Both the position numbers and the translations under genes were made by a program. Positions 55,493-64,000 of a stretch of 64,000 nucleotides of DNA are shown here, in pieces. How positions within the stretch are numbered: position 1 is the stretch's first letter; each line of letters opens with the position of its first letter. The stretch spans positions 186,001 to 250,000 of the IMG/VR virus record IMGVR_UViG_3300037882_003354. One strand, 5' to 3'. Below the pieces are notes generated by a model that was given only the letters and a program-made list of their open reading frames with translations, was not told the DNA's origin and did no database searches.

Positions 55493-57162
55493 TGGCTGAA
55501 CGAGAATATGTGGTGAGCCTCCATAACCACCAAGACTTAACATCTTTCTATGGTGATATGGAAACGCCTGGTGGAAATTTATACATTCCAAATAGAGCGG
55601 TTCCAGTGCATGCTAGACGCCCCATCAGCAGAAATACACATTACTTATTAACAGAACAAGAAGCAGAAACCATACGACATGATCCGCGTGTGGCTGCCGT
55701 CGAATTAAGTCTAAAAGAACAAGGGGCAGAATATCGTCCTTGCTGGACACAGATCAGTAGTTTTTGGAACAAGTCCAGTCAATTGTCTAATACAAGCGTG
55801 TATCCCAATTGGGGATTGTTGAGGTGTACAAATGGGTCACAGATCCCCAATTGGGGATCAGACGGTGTGGTCAATCAATCAGCCACAATTAAGACAACGT
55901 CCAGCGGCCAGGGTGTTGATGTTGTGGTGATCGACGGTCACATGGATCCGGAACACCCCGAGTTTTCCAGTAGTGTTTCCGGCATTGGGGAATCCAGAGT
56001 AAATCAATTCAACTGGTTGTCTTTGACACCACTGGTTGACCGGGGAGCTGCTGGGACTTATCAGTATGCCCCGTATGTTGATCCCACTTACGCCGATACC
56101 GATGCAGACGGAATATCTGACAGGACTTTTGACAACGATCATGGATGCCATGTGGCAGGGATTGTTGCTGGAAACACGCAGGGTTGGGCAAGGGATTCTA
56201 TAATTTATAACATCAGCCCCTATCGAACCAGTCCAAGTTATGTGGAACATTTTATGGATTATGTAAGGGTATGGCACAGCACCAAGTCCATAGAACCCTA
56301 CAATGGAATCAAACGACCTACCATTGTGAATCTCAGTGCTGGAATTTATCGTGAGGTGAATATAACAAATATTACCCAGGTGGCCTATCGTGGTGTCGTC
56401 AACTCCGGGCCTTTTACATCCAACCAGTTGCAGGGCTATGGCATATACAATGCTGACGGGTTTGCTCAGGTTCCTTTAAGATATCCGGCAGCGGAAATTG
56501 ACATTCAAGAAGCCATGGCTGCTGGTGTGATTGTGGTGGGCGCCGCCGGGAATGACCATTCAAAAATCAGCCTTCCCAGTTCCGATCCCGCTGACGATTA
56601 CAATAATTATTTTGTTGACAATACAAACGGTCTTCAGTATTCATATTACAATCGAGGCACAGTTACTTCAGCACCGGGTGTGATCACAGTTGGATCGGTA
56701 GGAGCCACAGCCATTGAAAGAAAAGCAACCTATAGCAATTGTGGTCCCCGGGTGGATGTATACGCACCAGGCACGTACATAACCAGTAGCATTAATTCTG
56801 ACTCTGCTGGATCTGTGACTGACCGGCGAAACACTGCTTTTTACCAAAACAAGTATTCTGGAACATCAGTGGCGGCCCCGCAAGTTGCTGGAGTGCTGGC
56901 ATGTTTGGCTGAAACCTGGCCCAACATGACTCAGGCCCAGGCCCTGGAATATATAACACTGCACGCAAAACAAAACCAGATCACAGCCACCACTGGCGGG
57001 CCCGCAGACTTTACAGACTTGCAGGGTTCATATAACAGATATCTGTGTTATGTCAAAGAGCGACCAGAAAGTGGCCAGGTATATCCCAAGGTAAATCAGG
57101 GAAATCGAAAAGCCACCGGCATGCTGTATCCAAGACCCAAAATATATCGCTATGGAAGATGA
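55489..57162 (+). CDS. Subtilisin-like serine protease (family S8)
   Basis: Catalytic motifs VVVIDG (Asp), DHGCHVAGIVAG (His), GAAGND (oxyanion Asn) and YSGTSVAAPQVAG (Ser), with an N-terminal prodomain-like segment. Confidence 0.92.
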   Translation: MMAEREYVVSLHNHQDLTSFYGDMETPGGNLYIPNRAVPVHARRPISRNTHYLLTEQEAETIRHDPRVAAVELSLKEQGAEYRPCWTQISSFWNKSSQLSNTSVYPNWGLLRCTNGSQIPNWGSDGVVNQSATIKTTSSGQGVDVVVIDGHMDPEHPEFSSSVSGIGESRVNQFNWLSLTPLVDRGAAGTYQYAPYVDPTYADTDADGISDRTFDNDHGCHVAGIVAGNTQGWARDSIIYNISPYRTSPSYVEHFMDYVRVWHSTKSIEPYNGIKRPTIVNLSAGIYREVNITNITQVAYRGVVNSGPFTSNQLQGYGIYNADGFAQVPLRYPAAEIDIQEAMAAGVIVVGAAGNDHSKISLPSSDPADDYNNYFVDNTNGLQYSYYNRGTVTSAPGVITVGSVGATAIERKATYSNCGPRVDVYAPGTYITSSINSDSAGSVTDRRNTAFYQNKYSGTSVAAPQVAGVLACLAETWPNMTQAQALEYITLHAKQNQITATTGGPADFTDLQGSYNRYLCYVKERPESGQVYPKVNQGNRKATGMLYPRPKIYRYGR

Positions 57163-57182
57163 CCTGCCAAGAATTTTTTAAA

Positions 57183-57188
57183 TAAATA
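57183..57188 (+). promoter_or_regulatory. Putative late promoter TAAATA
   Basis: AATAAATATCATTATG, 5 nt before the ATG. Confidence 0.6.
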
Positions 57189-57193
57189 TCATT

Positions 57194-57841
57194 ATGAATA
57201 AACAATTACCTCCCATCGTGCAACACGATAAGCCAAAACCCAATGAGCAAGGATCCATTAAGATTCAGGGCCACATCAAGATCTTTGATCCACAGACCAA
57301 GGAAGTGTTTATCGACAAGCGTAATGCTGTGCATTATGAGAATTTCAGCATGGCGCTGGCCAACAGCCTGAGCAATCAGGGATACGGAACCATTGCAGAA
57401 ATTGCATTTGGTAACGGAGGCACGCGGGTGGATGAGACTGGCATCATCACATACCTGACTCCCAATGTCATAGGTTCCAATGCTAGTTTATATAACGAGA
57501 CATATGTCAAAGTTGTTGATGGTCGCCAACCCACTGACCTGGACCCTGCTAGAAACTTTATGGAGGTTCGCCATGTCACCGGCACCTATTATTCAGACAT
57601 CCTGGTCAGTTGTTTGCTGGATTTTGGAGAACCCAATGGTCAGCAGGCTTTTGACAACGCCACCAATTCCGACGGCAACTTTGTATTTGATGAACTGGGT
57701 TTGAAAGCATACACCCCAGATGGTCCGGGGCTGGGCGATTTACTCACTCATGTTATTTTCCACCCTGTGCAAAAGTCTTTGAACAGAATGATTCAAATTG
57801 ATTATACTGTCAGGGTTCAAAGTCTAAGTAGCGGAATATAA
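57194..57841 (+). CDS. Virion structural protein, tail/baseplate-associated
   Basis: IAFGNGGT, FVFDELGL and HVIFHPVQKSLNRMIQIDYTVR. Leads the fibre cluster. Confidence 0.65.
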   Translation: MNKQLPPIVQHDKPKPNEQGSIKIQGHIKIFDPQTKEVFIDKRNAVHYENFSMALANSLSNQGYGTIAEIAFGNGGTRVDETGIITYLTPNVIGSNASLYNETYVKVVDGRQPTDLDPARNFMEVRHVTGTYYSDILVSCLLDFGEPNGQQAFDNATNSDGNFVFDELGLKAYTPDGPGLGDLLTHVIFHPVQKSLNRMIQIDYTVRVQSLSSGI

Positions 57842-57843
57842 TC

Positions 57844-59604
57844 ATGCCATATACATTAAATTTTTCTGATCCCACAAAATCTGATACAGTGATAGTGCCG
57901 GACATGCCGCCCGGTATCAACGCCATCGACACCAGCCTGTCTTTGGTTGGCAAAGGATATCCCAATTACGGAATAAAATATGCAGAAAACTTTTTGAGGT
58001 TGTTGGAGAATTTTGCCAGCCCAACCCCTCCTCAAAATCCCATTGAGGGTCAGTTATGGTATGATACCAGCAATCAGTCCAATAAAGTTTTGAAAATCAT
58101 GGACGGTACTGCGGGATCCACACGCTGGCCCAATGCAAACGGCATCTATCAGCAGGGTTACGACCCTAGAACTACAAATGCCGTTTTAAAAATTGGCGAC
58201 ATCTGGGTGGATACTGTAAGCAATCAGGTTAAAATTTTTAATTCTAATGATTGGACACTGGTGGGCCCACCGTCTGTAACCACAGTCACTGGTGCTGTAC
58301 CTGAACAAATAATTGATGTGCTAAACGTCAATCATTGGGTGATTAAAAATTATGTGGACAGTGTGGTAGTTTCCGTTGTAGCGTCTGAGACCTTTACACC
58401 AAAATTGTCTATACCTGGGTTTTTATCCTTGCAGCGCGGAGTCAATGTGACCGACACGGGGGTATTTGACGGTGCTTCGTCGTCCGCTCAGGGTCTGACC
58501 ATCAACAACTTCAACTATCCAGCCGAATCCTTTTTAAGAAAAGACGATCAGTCCTTGTCCGGTCAGATTGTAACTGGCAAGATTATATTCCAAACTCCCG
58601 AAGCACAGTCTGGTGCACAAGGGCGTGATGGCATTGTGATCAATACCGGTGTGACCAACGAATACACACAGTTTTATAAATTGGGCAATGATGCAGTGCT
58701 TTTGAATTATAAAACTGGCGGCAAGATAGTTTTTCAAACAAAGACTGGCGCAGGCAATGCGCTAGGCACTGTGTTGACCATTGATAATAAAACAGTGGGA
58801 ATTAACACGTCTACCACTGCTGCATCTCCAGCACTGGATGTTTTTGGGACCACCAGAATATCCAGCACACTGAGTGTGATGACCACCTCTGGCGTTTCAA
58901 TCAGCACCCTGGGTGGCATGAGTGTTGGACGAGATCTGGCAGTTTCTGGAAATTTGACAGTGGCCGAAATAACTGCCACCATGTTGACTGTGGGACCTTA
59001 TCCTGGTCAGGGAACCGCCATTGCAACACCCAGTGCCGATACGTATGACATTGGTTCCCGGGATTACCCATTTAGGCATATATATGCAATGAATATAGGA
59101 TCCACTGGGTCAATTATATACGGATCTATACAAGGTACTGCCAACGGTCTCTCTGCCTCTACATTATTTAAATTACAAGGTCAGGTTACTGCAACATCAT
59201 TCTTGTTCTCAGGGACTGGCACCCAGGCGACTTTTGACACCACACTGACTAGATCAGCCATCACTGCTCATCCAATATTGACCGGCCCTGCAGCCACAGC
59301 TGGTACATTGACGTTGCTGGCATTAAACACTGCAACCAATACATCAGTTCTGCAGCAGGTGAGCAAGCGAGATTTCTTAAGTGACATTTCTTTTCCTGGC
59401 ATGATGGTGGCATACGGCGGCCTGGTGGCGCCAGACAGCTGGTTGTTGTGTGACGGGAGTGCATATACAGTGACGGCATATCCTGCATTGTTTGAGGTAA
59501 TTGGGCAACGTTATGGGGGAGAGTCCGGCTTTTTTAAAGTACCCAGCTACTCGACCAGCACCAACACAGGCAGCTATACCATAAATTATATTATAAAGAC
59601 TTAA
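57844..59604 (+). CDS. Tail fibre protein with a C-terminal tail-collar domain
   Basis: N-terminal TSLSLVGKGYPNYG..ENFLRLLENFA..P.EGQLWYD; collar PGMMVAYGG...WLLCDGS...YPALFEVIG. Confidence 0.8.
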   Translation: MPYTLNFSDPTKSDTVIVPDMPPGINAIDTSLSLVGKGYPNYGIKYAENFLRLLENFASPTPPQNPIEGQLWYDTSNQSNKVLKIMDGTAGSTRWPNANGIYQQGYDPRTTNAVLKIGDIWVDTVSNQVKIFNSNDWTLVGPPSVTTVTGAVPEQIIDVLNVNHWVIKNYVDSVVVSVVASETFTPKLSIPGFLSLQRGVNVTDTGVFDGASSSAQGLTINNFNYPAESFLRKDDQSLSGQIVTGKIIFQTPEAQSGAQGRDGIVINTGVTNEYTQFYKLGNDAVLLNYKTGGKIVFQTKTGAGNALGTVLTIDNKTVGINTSTTAASPALDVFGTTRISSTLSVMTTSGVSISTLGGMSVGRDLAVSGNLTVAEITATMLTVGPYPGQGTAIATPSADTYDIGSRDYPFRHIYAMNIGSTGSIIYGSIQGTANGLSASTLFKLQGQVTATSFLFSGTGTQATFDTTLTRSAITAHPILTGPAATAGTLTLLALNTATNTSVLQQVSKRDFLSDISFPGMMVAYGGLVAPDSWLLCDGSAYTVTAYPALFEVIGQRYGGESGFFKVPSYSTSTNTGSYTINYIIKT

Positions 59605-59607
59605 CAC

Positions 59608-60591
59608 ATGGCCTACACAATATTAAATGCAGACGGCACCACACTGCTGCTACTAGCAGACAACATTACTGATAAAGTTACCACCAGTCTGGACCTGGTT
59701 GGAAGAAATGTCAACTCATATGGGCAGTCAGTCAACAATAATTTTGTAAAACTACTGGAAAACTTTGCAAGTTCAGCCAGTACTCCGCCCAGGTCTCCCT
59801 TGGTGGGGCAGCTTTGGTACAATACAACCAACCGACGATTGAATATTTACGACAACGGGTTCAAGTCAGTCAGCGGCGCGCTGGTGGCGGCGGCCCAGCC
59901 CACCATCATCTCTTCAGGAGACTTTTGGTGGGACACAGTGAACGAACAATTGAGGGTGTTCAATGGCACACAAAACTATCTGGTGGGCCCACTCTTTCCC
60001 AAGGAAGTTGGCGAAACTGGTTGGGTACTGCCCGCCGTCACCATCAACGACGATGAAAACATTCCACAACAGGTCACCTTGTTGAGAAATCACGGACAAT
60101 TTGTCGGCATGATGTCAAATGCTAAATTTGACATGACCACAGCTACGTCACAAGTTTACTTTAACACATCCACCACTGCCACGGTGGTGTCCGGTCTTAC
60201 TATAGATGGCGACATTCGATTTACAGGGCAAATGACCGATCGCCATCTTTCAGCTGGTGTGAATATTGAAATTATGGCACGCGAGTCCTCTAATGTAAGA
60301 AACTATCCGGAATACATCATTCAAAATACAGCCATATCAGCAATGTTGGAAAAAATGTTTCCTTTTGTGGCAAGTGTTGAGGATGACGAAGTGGGAGTTC
60401 CCATGGGATCCGAGTGCAGAGTCAACTGCGATCATAATTTACCGGGTTTAGGCATGCAGGTCAGGCGGTTTCGTGTGGCTAACACAGGCGGTAGTATAGG
60501 CTGGAAGCCTTATGAAGTATATCCATACACTTTTGCTGATAATGGATTAGAGGATTCAAATATAATGTATGAAATTTATCGAGCAGCATAA
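59608..60591 (+). CDS. Tail fibre / baseplate protein paralogue
   Basis: Same N-terminal module, TSLDLVGRNVNSYG..NNFVKLLENFA..GQLWYN. Confidence 0.75.
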   Translation: MAYTILNADGTTLLLLADNITDKVTTSLDLVGRNVNSYGQSVNNNFVKLLENFASSASTPPRSPLVGQLWYNTTNRRLNIYDNGFKSVSGALVAAAQPTIISSGDFWWDTVNEQLRVFNGTQNYLVGPLFPKEVGETGWVLPAVTINDDENIPQQVTLLRNHGQFVGMMSNAKFDMTTATSQVYFNTSTTATVVSGLTIDGDIRFTGQMTDRHLSAGVNIEIMARESSNVRNYPEYIIQNTAISAMLEKMFPFVASVEDDEVGVPMGSECRVNCDHNLPGLGMQVRRFRVANTGGSIGWKPYEVYPYTFADNGLEDSNIMYEIYRAA

Positions 60592-60600
60592 GGAAAAATC

Positions 60601-62250
60601 ATGGCATATGAAATAACCAAAAGCGACGGCACAAGACTCACTCTTGTCAAAGATGGATTGATCGATCAAACCAGCTCAAGTCTGGTTTTCGTGGGCAAGA
60701 CTGTGGTCAACTACGGACAAATACAGAATACCAATTTCCTGCATCTGCTGGAACACTTTGCCGATACCACTGAACCGCCCAACAAGTTAACCGGTCAACT
60801 CTGGTTTGACACCAGCACAAATACTTTAAAACTCTACAATCAAAATTCTAATGCCTGGCAGACCATCAGTGTGCTCTCCTACTCCCCCAGTTCTGCTCGA
60901 GCTAACTATCAAGGAAATTTATGGTATGACAGCGACAATCAGCAGTTGTATATCAACACTGGCGGCGCATTTACTTTAATTGGACCCGACGGCGCACCTG
61001 GATTTTCCACCACTAGATGGGAATCCGATGTGTTGGAGGATACAACTGATATTCCGCATGCTGTTATAAACTGTGTACTCAATGGCGAAGTGATTGCTAT
61101 CATGACCAAGGACAGTTTTGAAATCAAGCCCAGTGCCATCATACCAGGATTCAGGATTCTAGGCCGAGGCATGAATTTTAAAAACGGAACAACCACTGAT
61201 GTTCAGTTATACGGTATAAGTCAATTTGCGTTTAATTCAGATGCCTTGAAGAGTCAGGACGGTGATGAATATATAACTCCATCGGTGGCCAGTGTGGCCA
61301 ATTCCATCATGCAACGTGATGACAGTGGCAACACCAACATCTTAAAATTAACAGCATCAGAACTGGCGTCCAACAATGGTGTGTTGTCAGGCCCGTGGAA
61401 AATTAATACAGATCTAACACCTGTTGCCGACGCTACAATCAATCTGGGAGCCGCTGATCTCACCTGGAACAATGTGTATGTCAAGCAAGTGCGGGCTGGT
61501 GACATTTCTGTCACCAATCAAGTGACTGCGTCAGTGGTAAAATTTTCCACGTTACAAGATCCACAGAATACTAATATAATAAAATTTGACAAGGACGTGG
61601 CCCTGGCGGCCAATAGTGACAGCAATTTAACCACTCAACGAGCAGTCAAGACTTATATTGATAAAGTAGTTGCAGATGAAGTGGCCGCTAGAATTAGTGC
61701 AATAAATACTGTGTCAACTAGAATTACCAATCTGGTATTTGTTCCGGCGGGTTGTGTGTTTTATACCGCCAGCGATGAGGTTCCCACTGGTTATCTCCGA
61801 GCCGAGGGCCAACTGGTAAGTAAAACTGGGATATATGCTGCATTGTTTGCTGCGATAGGTATACGGTATGGGGGTGACGGCAATCCAAATTTCAGACTTC
61901 CAGATCTCAGAGGTGAATTTATCCGAGGCGTGTCTTCCGGTCGGTCAGGTGTCGCAAACAGAGGATTGGCAACATTTGAGGACGATTCCATGGCGGAGCA
62001 CCGACACTATATATTTAAAGCAGTTCCGTATAATACATACTACGCAGGCGATTATGAAATAAATGGGAACGCAAATTATGCTCCCGTGTCCATGGTTACT
62101 AGAAGTGATAGGGACGAATCATACATCATTAGTGCTAATAGAAGATCCCAGGATGCAGGTAATGCCAATGTTGGTCTAACTTCCCCAGCGGGCAGTGGAA
62201 GTGAAACCCGCCCAAGAAACCTTGCACTATATGCAATTATCAAATATTAA
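60601..62250 (+). CDS. Tail fibre protein with a tail-collar domain
   Basis: Same N-terminal module; collar PAGCVFY...YAALFAAIG...FRLPDLRGEFIRG; C-terminal ETRPRNLALYAIIKY. Confidence 0.85.
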   Translation: MAYEITKSDGTRLTLVKDGLIDQTSSSLVFVGKTVVNYGQIQNTNFLHLLEHFADTTEPPNKLTGQLWFDTSTNTLKLYNQNSNAWQTISVLSYSPSSARANYQGNLWYDSDNQQLYINTGGAFTLIGPDGAPGFSTTRWESDVLEDTTDIPHAVINCVLNGEVIAIMTKDSFEIKPSAIIPGFRILGRGMNFKNGTTTDVQLYGISQFAFNSDALKSQDGDEYITPSVASVANSIMQRDDSGNTNILKLTASELASNNGVLSGPWKINTDLTPVADATINLGAADLTWNNVYVKQVRAGDISVTNQVTASVVKFSTLQDPQNTNIIKFDKDVALAANSDSNLTTQRAVKTYIDKVVADEVAARISAINTVSTRITNLVFVPAGCVFYTASDEVPTGYLRAEGQLVSKTGIYAALFAAIGIRYGGDGNPNFRLPDLRGEFIRGVSSGRSGVANRGLATFEDDSMAEHRHYIFKAVPYNTYYAGDYEINGNANYAPVSMVTRSDRDESYIISANRRSQDAGNANVGLTSPAGSGSETRPRNLALYAIIKY

Positions 62251-62264
62251 ACTGGTTAACAAAC

Positions 62265-63476
62265 ATGCCTTATATTTTAAATAAAACCAACGGTGCCAAA
62301 CTGGCCACAGTGGATGATGGAGCCGCCAATGTCTCAACAAGCCTGACTTTCGTGGGTAGGAATTATTCAGGCTATGGTGAGATTGTAAACGAAAACTTTC
62401 TTAAATTACTGGAAAGTTCGGCCAACACCACCGCGCCTGCAAAACCCATTCAAGGACAACTGTGGTTTGACACCAACAACACCAGCCAACGATTGAACGT
62501 GTGCCATGACGGCAAGTCTTTCAAGACCCTGGCCAATCTGTTCATACAAAACACCACGCCCGTTACCACCATTCGAGGAGACCTCTGGTGGGATTCTCAA
62601 AACAATCAACTCAGGGCGTATAACGGCACTATATTTCAATTAATTGGGCCACCCACCAGTCGTTCGTCAAAATCATCTTGGGATTTTACAGAAGAAGCCA
62701 GCACAGCCGATGTCAATACATTTAACCCCATCATAGAGGGACGAATTTCAACCAATGTGGTGGTGGTGGTTTCGGATGACGAATTCAACCCCTTGCAAAC
62801 CTCAGAATTACGCCGGTCATTCCCTGTGATCAAACGCGGTGTAACCCTGGCTGGCACAACCAGTACTGGGGTAAGTGCAACTTCAGCGTCAGACGGTTAC
62901 ATACTCTGGGGCACGGCAGCCAACGCACTCACAGCCAATGCCAGCGCCACGGTTGATGTGTTGCCCGGTACCACTGGTACATATTATGTTCCCTTGCTAA
63001 ACTCTGTGTCTGGCACAGGATTACCAGTGTTCTCCAGCAGCAACCTCAGCTATGACTACAATACCCGTGTGCTGTCTGCCACAGCCCTGGCGGCCCGATA
63101 TGCCGACCTTGCCGAACGTTATGCGGCTGATGACACATACGAAGAGGGAACTGTGGTGGTGATTGGCGGCGACTTTGAAGTCACGGTCACAACCGAATGT
63201 GCCAGTACAGCGGTGGCAGGCATAGTGAGTAAAAACCCTGCGTATATGATGAATTCTGAGGCTGGAAGTGACCAAACACACCCATATATTGCTCTAAAAG
63301 GCCGAGTTCCATGTAAAATCGTGGGCCAAGTGAACATGGGTGACTTATTGGTTACCAGTGTACACCCAGGGTACGCTTGTGCCTGGCAACCGGGCGACAG
63401 TCCCAATGCAGTCATAGGAAAAGCCCTGAGATCGCAATCCGAGGGCTTTGGGGTAATTGAAGTTCTGGTGGTTTAA
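62265..63476 (+). CDS. Tail fibre paralogue with a C-terminal intramolecular-chaperone-like (peptidase G2-type) domain
   Basis: Same N-terminal module; ARYADLAERY...GTVVVIGG...IALKGRVPCK...GDLLVTS...IGKAL. Confidence 0.75.
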   Translation: MPYILNKTNGAKLATVDDGAANVSTSLTFVGRNYSGYGEIVNENFLKLLESSANTTAPAKPIQGQLWFDTNNTSQRLNVCHDGKSFKTLANLFIQNTTPVTTIRGDLWWDSQNNQLRAYNGTIFQLIGPPTSRSSKSSWDFTEEASTADVNTFNPIIEGRISTNVVVVVSDDEFNPLQTSELRRSFPVIKRGVTLAGTTSTGVSATSASDGYILWGTAANALTANASATVDVLPGTTGTYYVPLLNSVSGTGLPVFSSSNLSYDYNTRVLSATALAARYADLAERYAADDTYEEGTVVVIGGDFEVTVTTECASTAVAGIVSKNPAYMMNSEAGSDQTHPYIALKGRVPCKIVGQVNMGDLLVTSVHPGYACAWQPGDSPNAVIGKALRSQSEGFGVIEVLVV

Positions 63477-64000
63477 ACTGCCATGGGTGCCCGAATGGCA
63501 TCGTGACATTCATAGTCCACCAGTTCAACATCATCCATGCCGAAGTCGGTGATCACTTGAATATCGGCATTCAATTTAAGTGAAGGCAACTTTTTAGGTG
63601 TTCTGGACAGTTGCTCCTTCACCTGGTCCATGTGATTGTTGTAAATGTGTGCATCCCCTACTGACACAATCAAGTCCCCTACCCCCAGGTTACACACCTG
63701 TGCAATCATGTGAGTGAATAATGCGTATGACGCAATATTGAACGGAGCGCCTAATAGCATGTCCGCAGAACGCTGATACATGTGGCAACTGAGCCGCCCA
63801 TTGCTGACGTAAAATTGACTCATCATGTGACATGGTGGCAGGGCCATCAGATCAAGTTCTCCCGGATTCCATGCAGTGATGATGTGCCGTCTGCTGTACG
63901 GATCGTGCTTGATGCCCTCGATTAGTTCAATCAGTTGATCGTGATTCTGCAGAGCCACCTTGTTAATACAGATCAAGGGTTTACGCCACCGCCGCCACTG
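63473..64000 (-). CDS. thyA: Thymidylate synthase, C-terminal part (gene starts beyond the window)
   Basis: The frame is open to the edge (QWRRWRKP). Motifs SRRHIITAWNP, MALPPCH, YQRSAD, PFNIASY and GDAHIY. Confidence 0.95.
   Translation of the reverse strand, partial: QWRRWRKPLICINKVALQNHDQLIELIEGIKHDPYSRRHIITAWNPGELDLMALPPCHMMSQFYVSNGRLSCHMYQRSADMLLGAPFNIASYALFTHMIAQVCNLGVGDLIVSVGDAHIYNNHMDQVKEQLSRTPKKLPSLKLNADIQVITDFGMDDVELVDYECHDAIRAPMAV

Noticed and set aside
63473-63476. 4-nt TTAA overlaps of convergent stop codons (also 24325-24328)
   Set aside because: A common compaction feature of phage genomes and not evidence of a special mechanism.

Overview
This 64 kb window is the virion-morphogenesis region of a large T4-like (jumbo-type) myovirus using the standard genetic code. 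The host cannot be determined from the sequence. Minus strand, 1-23158: fibre and other structural genes, including a >1378-aa Cys-rich repeat fibre that runs off the left edge and is missing from the ORF track, plus a 2190-aa repeat protein. Then come major capsid (gp23), scaffold (gp22), prohead protease (gp21), prohead core proteins, portal (gp20) and a probable tape measure. The centre holds a gp26/gp51-like pair apparently joined by a -1 slippery site. It also holds a minus-strand, sigma70-promoter-driven block: gp55 late sigma, gp47, gp46, two Hc1-like small proteins, a minimal GIY-YIG nuclease, and a ~500-nt ORF-free tract that folds into an ornate pseudoknotted RNA. Plus strand, 30291-63476: a baseplate and tail module (tube initiator, gp53, hub, gp5 with a GH19 lysozyme, gp25, gp6, a 4599-aa wedge protein, a collagen-like protein, an S8 protease and four paralogous fibre proteins). 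A truncated thymidylate synthase sits at the right edge. TAAATA late-promoter motifs precede many structural genes. Best candidates for novelty: (1) the GIY-YIG plus large structured RNA pair, (2) the gp26/gp51 programmed frameshift, (3) phycobiliprotein-like C-x-R-D repeats of ~166 aa in a virion protein. All product calls come from motif recognition by eye, not database searches.
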